A stretch of DNA of 44,781 nt from NCBI GenBank assembly GCA_036785375.1, contig JAWMAR010003537.1, positions 1 through 44,781 of the forward strand, read 5' to 3'. The notes beneath the pieces were generated by a model that did not search any database, was not told the origin of the DNA, and was given only the letters and a program-made list of their open reading frames with translations. Of this stretch, positions 34,560 to 44,781 are shown in pieces. Position 1 is the first letter of the stretch; every line of letters starts with the position of its first letter. The position numbers and the translations under genes are program-made. Source of the stretch: Leucoraja ocellata (Eukaryota).

Positions 34560-35399
34560 TGGGCGGCGGGACCGGTGTCGCAGCGGCCTCTGCAGTCTGT
34601 CCGTGTTTTTTTTGTTTTTTTTTTGTCCTGTTGAGGGTTTAGTTGTAGCGGTTTAGCGTTTTTTTTTTTTTTTTTTTTAAATGTGTATGTGTGGGGGGTG
34701 GGGGATGGGTGGGGAAACTTTTAATCTCTTCCCTGCATGGAGACCCGACCTTTTCCCTGTCGGGTCTCCGTTGCCATTGGGGCCTAGCGCCGTGGAGCGG
34801 CCTCCACCGGAACGACCTGGAGGCTCAAGTCACGGCGCCTGTGGAGCCGCGGAGCTGCTGTGGAGCTGTTGTGGAGCTGCTGTGGAGCCGCGGAGCCTGT
34901 GGAGCTGTGGAGCTGTTGTGGAGCTGCTGTGGAGCTGCTGCGGACTTACCTCCGTGGAGCTGGCCGGCTTCGGGGCGTGGAGAGCGGCGGTGGCGCGTTG
35001 CTGCGGCCCGGCTCCGGTGGATGGTGACACCGGGAGCTCGCGGATCCCCGGTGGGAGGCTGCTTTGCGGGGCACCGGCAGTTGCAGCGGCGACTTCTCCC
35101 GCCCGAATTGCGGGGTTGAGAGTGACCTGGAGCCCTACAACGCCCGGCGCGGCCTTAATTTGCCGCGGACTAGCGCCCGCCGGGGGCTTTGACCTCGACT
35201 TCGGGAGGGAAATGGAATGCAGGGGAGAGACAAGAACTTTGCCTTCCATCACAGTGAGGAGGAGAGCCACTGTGATGGATGGTTATGTGAATAATGTTGG
35301 TGTGTGTTTTGGTTCTTTTATTGTATGGCTGCAGAAACTACATTTCGTTTGAACCTCGTGTGAGGTTCAAATGACAAATAAAGGTATTGTATTGTATTG
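34560..35399 (+). mobile_element. GC-rich non-autonomous retroposon E4 with Rex1-type tail
   Basis: Close relative of E3; internal (GTGGAGCTGCT)n-like array at about 34840-34940; tail CATTTCGTTTGAACCTCGTGTGAGGTTCAAATGACAAATAAAG(GTATT)n. Confidence 0.85.
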
Positions 35400-35914
35400 C
35401 CTTGTTTGATTTTTTTAAACTGCACCAGAATCCAATTCAAATATTGTCAATATATTCATATCCATTGTTGTCGGGAATAGAGAATTCCAAAGTGTCACAA
35501 CTCCCTGTCACAAATTACTCTGAATCACCAATTGCATTGGCTACCCCTTATTCTGAATCCACGCTCCTCAGTCCTGAACACCACTGTAGAAAAAATAATC
35601 TCACCAGCTAGCCCATCAACCCAGCTCAGAATATTAACAATAGTAAGGTCATCTCAAGGTCTTTGTTTATGCAGTGGCCTCTTTCTGCTTATCTGCCTCT
35701 CTACGTCATCCTGTCATGCAAGAATCAGCTTAGTGAAGCTTGTACTACCGCCCTTATAAATGTCCCAAGCATTGTAGTTCGGCATTAGAGATGTCTCCAG
35801 ACATGATCTAATTAGAAACCTATAAAACGTCCCATCGTCCGTATCCTTCCTCCAGCCATCTGCCAATCGATATCCTCACCTGCATTCTCCCTAAATCTAA
35901 CCCTAACCCTATCC

Positions 35915-36400
35915 CGAACCCCAGCGGTAGGAATATTGATCTTCCTTATTTCCTGTAACCTTTGCAATCCATCACTCCCCTTCCTCACCCATCCAAGTCA
36001 TCCTACTAGTTTCACTGTCGTCCTGCTTAGTTTTATGGCTTGTATACACTCGTTATCACCTTTTCCACAGCCAACAAGAGGCCATTGTGGGCTCCACCAT
36101 TCCTTGATCGTTGTGGCTGGCTTTTATTTTTTTATTTTCGTAACTTTCATTCATATGTTATTTGTACCCTTACATGCCTCTTCCCTCCCCCCCCCCCCTT
36201 GATGTTTCAGCCAGACAAGTAAGAATGTTATCCAATATTAGTATGTCTACTATTGCCCCTCTCCTCTGAATCTCAGTCTGAAGAAGAAGGGTCTGGAGCT
36301 GAAAGTCACCGATTCCTTTTCGCCGGAGATGCTTCCTGAGCCCCCGAGTTACTCCGCCATTTGTGTCTATCATCGGTGTAAACCACCAATTGCAGATCCT
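35915..36400 (+). mobile_element. Penelope-like element 3' fragment with degenerate hammerhead core
   Basis: CCCAGCGGTAGGAATATTGAT (PSGxNID ORF end); CAGTCTGAAGAAGAAGGGTCTGGAGCTGAAAGTC at about 36274-36307. Confidence 0.7.
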
Positions 36401-37309
36401 CCCAACACATTCCCTCCACTCGTCACATCCCAGGCTTTATCCGGTCCCCACCTCTATTCACCAGTTAATGGAGGAGATAATCTCAGCAGGTACCACAAAC
36501 TACTTATTTATCCCACTTCAATACACGCTTCATTCCATTAGCCTCCCAAGACGGCTGCTGCACCTCCGGGTAATATTTTGTGTGTCATAATCTGGTTGCT
36601 CAGAAATGTTTGCGCCCCACTTAAGGTACACCCCACTTAGATAATATTGTCAGTACTTGCTTTCCTTCTTCATTTCAAATATGATGTCTTCAAAGTTTCA
36701 CAAAGCATTGTCCAATTTGGTGCCAGTTGTACACATCACACTGCAGGTTCTTTGTGTTAACCTGACACTTCTCACCAGAACACTATGTGTGCCGTCAAAA
36801 AACCTAAACACGGTAATCGGTGCATTTATTGAAGTTATTAATATGCATTGTAAACAATATCATCACTGATCTATGCAAGTATCTCATCCAAAAACAAACC
36901 AGGACATACATTCCATCTTCAAAGACTAACAACAACTTTGTCAAATATCGTTGCTTTTTCAAAAAATGATGAACAATCTGTTAGAAGCGGTTATAAACCC
37001 TAAGCACCCGGATATTATCTATTTAATCATGGCATTCAATATCTCCCCTCTGAGCGATGTTCGACTAGTTGACATTGTTCGTGCTCATTTCTGACTCTCC
37101 TCCTTCTTAATCGTGGTCACTTTTGTAGTTTTAACTCAATTAGAGTTTTCCCACAATGTTACGTCATTTTGTAATATATTATAATCCATACTCTCTCTTT
37201 GTCTACATCTACTTATTTCTAACGCTCACATTCAGGTCATTAGGTCCAGGTGACTTGTCGATGTCTAGTGCATTATTTTACTACATTTTCTCTGGTGATT
37301 CAGTGTACA

Positions 37310-37980
37310 TTCATAAGTTCAGATATTCATGAATCATAGCAGCATAATTATATCATTCGGCCCATCGAGTCTACTCCGCCATTCAATGGCTGCTGGTTTA
37401 TCTTTCTCTCTCGTACCCATTCTGCTGCCTTTCTGCCAAAGCCCTTGACTTCCTAACTAAACACAAATCTACCAATCTCTGCTTGAAAACATAACCATAT
37501 AACATGGCCTCCACGGCTGCCTGTGGCAATGAATTCCACAGATTCACCGCTGACCAAAGAAATTCCTCATTTCCTTTCTAAGTCTATGTACTTTTACACT
37601 GAGGCTGTGCTCTCTTGTCCTAGACTTTGCAATGAGTGGAAACACCCTCTCCACATCAACCCTCCTCAGGCCTTTCAATCTTCAATCAGTCGCAATAAGG
37701 TCTCACCACATCGTTTTAAAGTCCAGCGTACGTAGGCCTAGAGTCGTCATACGCTCATCATAGGTTACCCCAATCACCCACAGATCATTATTCTCAGCCT
37801 CATTGGAACCCTATCCAAGGCCAGCTTATCCCTCCACAGATATGGGCCCAAACATGGCTCAACATTTTCCATATCCTTGTTGGCCCATTCTACCAACATG
37901 TCCAGTTCATCTGCAGGCTCCTGATCCTCTACACTACCTGTCCCTCTACCTACGTTCATGTCATCTGCTAACTTGGCCAC
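37310..37980 (-). mobile_element. Old degraded CR1 3' fragment
   Basis: ATTCGGCCCATCGAGTCTACTCCGCCATTCAA; GAATTCCACAGATTCACC; KLADD in ORF 37774-37980. Confidence 0.7.
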
Positions 37981-38819
37981 AAAGTCAAGTGCTTTGAGAT
38001 TTTCTGCATCTATAAAGATAGATAATTTACAGTGACATTAAAATAGATGCAAGGTGCAGTATTTCCATCATTGCAGGTTTCCATCTTTCTTTTAACCGAG
38101 AACCAAAATGATTATATCTGTTGATAAAGTTTATTCACAATTTTCAAATACTTGTTGTATTTTTTGTATATTTGTTGCATAAAAAGTGGCGCAGCCCAGG
38201 TCCGGTAGTGCAACTGAGAAAATATGTGGCCTTAACCCAACTTGCCAACACGGATAACTTTATTCCAGACTGCTACAGTCTCTGTAGGATTAATACAGTC
38301 TGAAATAAATATAGACGCGCCCTCGTGCTTTACAGCCGACGGCATTTTGGGGTGTAATTATTGTAGACATAGTGCAGCATATGACGTGGATAGGTGCTTG
38401 AAACACATTGTGTAATGTACCAGAAGGATTTAAACAGGCATATGGATATGCAGAGAGTGGCGGGATGTGAATCATTTGCACATAGGTGAGATTAGTTTAT
38501 CTTGGCATTATATTTAGTAGAGAGATTGTGAGTCGAAAGACATGAAACTGTGCTGTACATTTCTATGGTCTATATAGTGTCTTTGCAAGACTATTGGGGA
38601 GTGTGCTCAGTGTAAGATACAGAAGGTTGAGACAGATGTTGGGCTTGGCAGATGAATGCGTGTTTCAGTGTAAGGTATGGAGACATAAGGCCTAATGTGA
38701 CATGGAATTGTGCTTCATGGTATTATAGTTAATTTATTTTTTTAGTTTAGAGATTCCAAATGTTATATAAATAAATACAGCCCATAAATAATGACGTTGT
38801 CTATTATAGTAGATATAGG

Positions 38820-39151
38820 GGGTGGCACAGTGGCATATGGGATGACAGGCTGGCATAGTGGTAGAGTTGCTGCCTTACAGCACCAGAGATCCAGATTCAA
38901 TCCTGACTGGAGGCTGTCTGTACGGTGTATGTCCGTTCTCCATGTGACCGCGTGCATTTTCTCCGGCTGTTCCGGTTTCCTCCCACACTCCAAAGACGTG
39001 TAGCTTTGTTGGTTAATTGGCTTTGGAAAGGAATGTAGATTGTCCCTAGTGCGTTGGATAATGCTGGTGTATGGGGGCCACTGGTCGGCGTGGACTCGGA
39101 GGTCCGAAGGGCTTGTTTCCGCGCTGTGTCTCCAAACTAAACAAAACTAAA
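38820..39151 (+). mobile_element. tRNA-derived V-SINE/HE1-like SINE
   Basis: A-box-like GGCATAGTGG, B-box-like GATTCAATCC, core TCCGGTTTCCTCCCACACTCCAAAGACGTG, LINE-derived tail CCGAAGGGCTTGTTTCCGCGCTG plus AAACTAAAC. Confidence 0.85.
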
Positions 39152-39299
39152 TATGAGAAAAGAAAACACGATACATTGTGAAAAGAGCGGATCATTATTG
39201 CCTTTTCATGTACAGTGAGTTTAATGAATATGGGGGTAGGTCTAATATGGTTTATGCGGGGCAAAGACAAGGTTAGATAAAACAACAAGTTGGACAATA

Positions 39300-39980
39300 T
39301 ATCGTCGGTTTTATTATTTTTGTGTGTTTTGAAAGTTTGTGCTAATGTTCTCTGGTTTGTTTTATGTGGGGGGTGAGGGATGGGGTCAGGGGAAAGTTTT
39401 TTTCAATCTCTTACCTTGCCGGAGATGCGATTGTTTTCCGGATCATATCTCCGGTCGCTCTGCGGCCTAACATCATGGAGCTGGCGGCCATGCACGGGAC
39501 TAACTTTGTGCCCCACCACGGGGCCGTGGACTTACCATCGCAGCCGATCCCTTGCCTTGGATCGACGCTCCAACCGCAGCCTGCGGACTTTAACATCAAA
39601 GAGCTCACAGTCTCGGGAGAGACCGAGTCGGTAAGCTCCAACGACACAGAAGGTTTAACCAGCCCCAACCTGGGGGTCAGATTGCCTGGCATGGGGAGCT
39701 GAGATCCCCTGATACAGGAGATTGATCACCCTGATGCGGAGGGACCACCGCCGGCTACAGGAGTCTAGATCAACGGAAGCTCGAGGCCCAGAACCATGGG
39801 AGATCAAAGAAAGGAAGAGGTTGAACAATTTTTGCCTTCCAACACAGTGAGGAATGTGGAGGAGTCACTGTGGTGGATGTTCATGTTCTAATGTATTTTG
39901 TGTGTTCTATTGCTTTTTATTGGTATGACTGTACGGCAAAACAAATTCCTCGTGTGTTGCAAAACATACTTGGCTAATAA
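39300..39980 (+). mobile_element. GC-rich non-autonomous retroposon E5 (5' end eroded)
   Basis: T-tract, G-tract, hairpin 39419-39454, 3' box GCCTTCCAACACAGTGA...TCACTGTGGTGGA, tail AAATTCCTCGTGTGTTGCAAAACATACTTGGCTAATAAAG. Confidence 0.75.
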
Positions 39981-40132
39981 AGTATGAATATGATGATGAT
40001 ATCGTGAGATTAAATAAACAACATGATATAAACAGGTAAAATGCATGTTGCCTCTGATTGTGGTGAATACAGAAAATAGGCTAAAAATATATACACAGGT
40101 GCAGAGATTTATTGAATGTTGGCTGTAACGCA

Positions 40133-40666
40133 ACATAGAAACATAGAAAATAGGTGCAGGAGTAGGCCATTCGGCCCTTCGAGCCTGCACCGCCATTCAA
40201 TATAATCATGGCTGATCATCCAACTCAGAACCGTGTACCTGCCTTCTCTCCATACCCCCTGATCCCTTTAGCCACAAGGGCCACATCTAACTCCCTCTTA
40301 AATATAGCCAATGAACTGGCATCAACTACCTTCTGCGGCAAAGAATTCCAGAGATTCACCACTCTCTGTGTGAAAAATGTTTTTCTCATCTCGGTCCAAA
40401 AAGATTTCCCCCTTATCCTTGAACTGTGACCTCTTGTTCTGGACTTCCCCAACATCGGGAACAATCTTCCTGCATCTAGCCTGTCCAACCCCTTAAGAAT
40501 GTTGTAAGTTTCTATAAGATCCCCCGTCAATCTTCTAAATTCTAGCGATTACAAGCCGAGTCTATCCAGTCTTTCTTCATATGAAAGTCCTTACATCCCA
40601 GGAATCAGTCTGGTGAACCTTCTCTGTACTCCCTCTATGGCAAGAATGTCTTTCCTCAGATTAGGA
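40133..40666 (-). mobile_element. CR1 3' fragment, TTTCTATG subfamily
   Basis: ORF 40225-40530; CATAGAAACATAGAAA tail on plus strand. Confidence 0.92.
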
Positions 40667-40713
40667 GGAAGGAGGATGGTGGAGGTAGGGACAAACACAA
40701 CATTTAGGAAATA

Positions 40714-41006
40714 CTAGACCAAGTGCAGACCCGTTGGGTCTGTTCCCCCCAACGTGCGGTTGTGGGGGGGGGGAGGCGGCATGCAGCGTCACACACACTA
40801 ACTACCCCCCCCCCCACACTTACGCTAATTACCCCCCTTGATATTATATTAATATTATTAATTTGCTCCTTTTACCCCATAACCACCCTATCTACTGACG
40901 CATAGCCCCCAACTTGCAGTCACATCTAGAGAGGGGGGATGGGGGGGTGGTGTAGAGAGTGTGGGCAGAGGAGCGGAGGGGAAGAGGAGAGGGGGTGAAC
41001 TGTGTG
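40714..41006 (-). mobile_element. Helitron-like non-autonomous 3' end
   Basis: Minus strand CAGACCC-AAC-GGGTCTG hairpin (40726-40742), then CACTTGGT, then CTAG followed by T. 5' end not identified. Confidence 0.6.
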
Positions 41007-41680
41007 TGGTCCCTTGTTCTGGACTTCCCCAACATCGGAAACAATCTTCCTGCATCTAGCCTGTCCAACCCCTTAAGAATTTTGTAAGTTTCTATAAGAT
41101 CTCCCCTCAATCTCCTAAATTCTAGCGAGTACAAGCCGAGTCTATCCAGTCTTTCTTCATATGAAAGTCCCGACATCCCAGGAATCAGTCTGGTGAACCT
41201 TCTCTGTACTCCCTCTATGGCAAGAATGTCTTTCCACAGTTTAGGAGACCAAAACTTTACGCAATACTCCAGGTGTGGTCTCACCAAGATCCTGTACAAC
41301 TGCAGTAGAACCTCCCTGCTTCCATACTCAAATCCTTTTGCTATGAATGCTAACATGCCATTTGCTTTCTTCACTGCCTGCTGCACCTGCATGCCTACTT
41401 TTAATGACTGGTGTACCATGACACCCATGTCTCGTTGCATCTCCCCTTTTCCTAATCGACCACCATTCAGATAATAGTCTACTTTCCTGTTTTTGCCACC
41501 AAAGTGGATAACCTCACGTTTATCCAAATTATACTGCACCTGCCATGCATTTGTTCACTCACCCAACCTATCCAAGTCACCTTGCAGCCTCCTAGCATCC
41601 TCCTCACAGCTAACACTGCCCCCCTGTTTCGTGTCATCTGCAACCTTGGAGATGTTGCATTCAATTCCCTCGTACAAATC
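41007..41680 (-). mobile_element. CR1 RT/C-terminal fragment
   Basis: ORF 40892-41539 and KVADDTK in ORF 41555-41899. Confidence 0.9.
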
Positions 41681-42476
41681 CTCAGGAACCTTAAGAATGC
41701 AATGTTTGTAGCGAACATTAAGCCCACTGACCTGCCTGTCCTGATCCATATCCTTGTACTCTCTGCACTTCCCTGTACCTACAATGAGCCTCATAAACAC
41801 CACTATCATATCCACCCACACCACCATCATGTGTTCCTGGTCCGTACCTTCCATGTAAAATACTTGCCTCGCCCATCTGCATTCAACGTTCTCCCTCACA
41901 CCTTATAGCTACGTCTTCTCGTGTTGGACATTTCCATCCTTGAAAATGATACTAAATATCTACCGTTTCAATGACTCTCATCATTGTATATACGTCTATC
42001 AAGTCCCCCACGAACCTCCGACATTCCAGAGAAAGCAATCCACAGATATCCAATCTCTCCCTGTGGCTGATCCAGGCAGCATTCTGGTTATTCTGGTTAA
42101 GAGGATGATAGGAGGCTGCAATGTGGCTTGGATAGGCTGGGTTAGTGGGCAAATGCATGGCAGATGCAGTATAATTCTGGTTAACCTGTTTTGTATCCTC
42201 TCCAAAACCTCAATTTCTTCCCTTTAATGGGGCGATCGGATCTGTACTCAATACTCCAATTACTGCCTCATCAAAGTCATATAGAACTGCATCATGTTCC
42301 TGACCCTTATGCTCAACACCCCTAGCAATGAACGCAAGTATACCATACATCCACTTTACCATCTACATGTGCTGCCAACTGCAGCAAGCTATGAACTTGG
42401 ACTCCAAGATCCCTCAGCACATCCATGTCCTTCAGAATCTAGCAATTTACTGTATAAAACAGCCTATCATTGATGA

Positions 42477-44693
42477 TCATTGAATGGTGGCTGAACTCCA
42501 AAATGCGTTCATCCCCGGCTGGAGAAAGAAACAATATGGGGAAGGCGGCTCAACGTGACTAACGAGGGAAATCAAGGATAGTGTTATTGTATTGTATTGT
42601 ATTGTATTCAAATTTATTGTCAATTTGAGACAACAAAATGAATTTCCCTTACAGGCAGTATCATTAAAAAAATCACAAAAAATAAAATAAATAATAAATA
42701 AATAATAAAACATATTAAAAATAAAATTGAAATTGAATTTAAAAAAAGCTCAAACACAGAACATAACATAAATGGCACCAAGGTGAGGATGGCACCATAA
42801 TCCAGCCAGCCAGGGAAGAGGTTATATAAATTGGCCAGAGGACTGGGAGAAATTTAGAATTCAACATGGTAGGAAATAAGGGTTAATTAAGAGCGGGAAA
42901 AGAGAGCATGAAAGAACGCTTGCGGGGAATATAAAAACTGACTGCAATAGCTTCTTTAGATATGTAAAAAGGAAAAGATCAGTGAAGAAAACTTAGGTCA
43001 CTTACAATCAGAGACAGGTGAATTTCTAATGGAAAGCAAGGAAATGGCAGATCAGTTAAACGAGTAATTTGGTTCAGTATTTACCAAGAAAGACACAAAC
43101 AATCTCCCAGAAATACGAGGGGACCGAGGATTTAGTGGGAGGGAGGAACTGAAGGGAACCCACATTAGTCAGGAAATGGTGTTATGCAAACTGTTGGGGC
43201 TGAAGACAAATAAATCCCCAGGGCCTGTTGGTCTGCATCCCAGAGTACTCAAGCAGGTGGCTCTCGAAATCGTGAATGCATTGGTGATAATTTTCCAATA
43301 TTCTCCCGACTGGATCCGTTCCTGTAGACTGAAGTGCAGCCGTTGTAACTCCACTTTTTAAGAAAGGAGGGAGAGAGAAAACGGTGAATTATAGACCAGT
43401 TAGCCTGACATCGGTCGTGGGGAAGATGCTGGAGTCGATTATTAAAGATGTTATAGCAGCGCATTTGGAAAACAGTGACAGGATTGGTCAAAGTCTGCAT
43501 GGCTTTATGAAGGGAAATCATGCTTGACTAATCTTCTGGAATTTTTTGAGGAAGCAACAAGTAGAATGGATAAGGGAGAGCCAGTAGATGTGGTGTATCT
43601 GGACTTTCAAAAAACCTTTGACAAGGTCCCACACAAGAGATTAGTGTGCATAATTAGATCACATGGTAATGGGGGAAGGGTATTGACATGGATAGAGAAC
43701 TGGTTGTCAGACAGGAAGCAAAGAGTAGGCATAACTGGTCCTTTTCAGAATGCCAGGCAGTGACAAATGATGTGCGGCAAGGCTCGGGGCTAGGACCCCA
43801 GTTATTTACAATATTTATTAACGATTTAGACGAGGGAATTAAATGTGTCATTTCCAAGTTAAATTTACGGATGACGCAAAGCTGGGTGGCAGTGGGAGCT
43901 GCGATGAGGATGCTATAAAGCTGCAAGGTGACTTAAAATAAGGCAGATGCATGCAGTATAATGTGGATACATGTGAGGTTACCCATTTTGGTGGCAAGAA
44001 CAGGAAGGCAGTTTATTATCTGAATGGTGTCAGATTTGGAAAAGGGGAGGTGCAACAAGACCTGGTATGCTTGTACATCAGTCCTGAAAGTGAGCATGCA
44101 GGTACGGCAGGCAGTGAAGAAATCTAATGGCATGTTGGCCTTCATTGCGAGAGGATTTGAGTTTTGGAGCAAGGAGGTCCTACTGGCAGTTGTACAGGGC
44201 CCAGGTGAGACCACACCTGGAGTATTGTGTGCAATTTTGGTCTCCAAATTTCAGGAAGGACATTATTGCTATTGAGGGAGTGCAAAGTAGGTTCACCAGG
44301 TTAATTCCCGGGATGGCGGGACTGAGGGGCTAGATGCAGGAAACATTTTCCCGACGTTGGGGGAGTCCAGAACCAGAGGTCACGGTGTAAGAATAAGGGA
44401 TAGGCCATGTAGGACTGAGATGAGGATAAAAAAATTCACCCAGGGACTTGTGAATCTGCAGAATTATCTGCCACAGAAGGCAGCAGAGCCAATTCTCTGG
44501 ATCTTTTCAAGAGAGAGTTAGATTTAGCTCTTAGGACAAATGGAAACAAGGGATATGGGGAAAAAGCACGTACGGGGTACTGAATTTAGATGATCAACCA
44601 TGATTATGTTGAATGGTGGTTCCTGTTCGGAGGGCCGAATGGCCTACTCCTGCACATATTTTTCCATGTTTCTATGTTTCCTCTATGTTTCTA
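42477..44693 (+). mobile_element. Degraded CR1 ORF2 plus 3' end
   Basis: [42 protein letters not shown] tail; many frameshifts. Confidence 0.9.
42587..42812 (-). mobile_element. 5'-truncated copy (E6) of the E2 subfamily, inserted in CR1 ORF2
   Basis: Very similar to 14600-14833, including the (AATAC)n tail. Confidence 0.9.
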
Positions 44694-44781
44694 ACACATG
44701 ACGCGTCAAGGATCAAGAATGTATAATTTTCATGTGCCGAAAGCGGTACAATTACATTCTTACTTGGGGCAGGAAGTACAT

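Noticed and set aside
35250-35275. CACAGTG/CACTGTG heptamers as V(D)J recombination signals (also about 6678, 38826, 39844)
   Set aside because: No ACAAAAACC-like nonamer at 12 or 23 nt in the cases I checked, and no V or J segments.
34681-35352. Long ORFs in E elements (223 aa here; 195 aa at 5637-6224; 173 aa at 15001-15522)
   Set aside because: Expected in GC-rich DNA. Frames and lengths are not consistent between homologous copies.
38150-38300. Minus-strand CINP...WNKVI as a chemokine-like last exon
   Set aside because: Spacing does not fit CxxPxxxWV and no upstream CXC/CC exon was found.

Overview
Vertebrate nuclear DNA, most likely from a cartilaginous fish (skate/ray/shark). This is inferred from HER1/CR1-type LINEs and HE1/V-SINE-type SINEs. 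Almost the whole window is nested transposable elements, and I found no host protein-coding gene I can name. Main contents: (1) many CR1-clade LINE fragments with different microsatellite tails, including a 4.7-kb copy at 12272-16960; (2) a full-length but disabled Rex1/Babar-type LINE (5443-10256, minus) whose endonuclease contains an in-frame 18-bp minisatellite of about 26 copies; (3) a DIRS1-type tyrosine-recombinase retrotransposon (21004-26021) with its ITR/ICR ends still recognisable; (4) an L1/Tx1-like 3' fragment, Penelope-like fragments with hammerhead cores, a Harbinger-like MITE and a Helitron 3' end; (5) a non-TE segment of about 1.5-1.7 kb present twice, one copy carrying an MHC-type X-box/Y-box module. 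The most unusual signal is a family of 0.7-0.9 kb GC-rich, apparently non-coding, non-tRNA retroposons (E1-E6). They share a fixed architecture: T-tract, G-tract, a hairpin whose sequence varies but whose pairing is kept, a possibly U1-snRNA-like segment, and a second 3' hairpin. Their 3' tails appear to come from two different LINE clades (L2-type versus Rex1-type). All alignments were made by eye, and boundaries are approximate unless a TSD is quoted.
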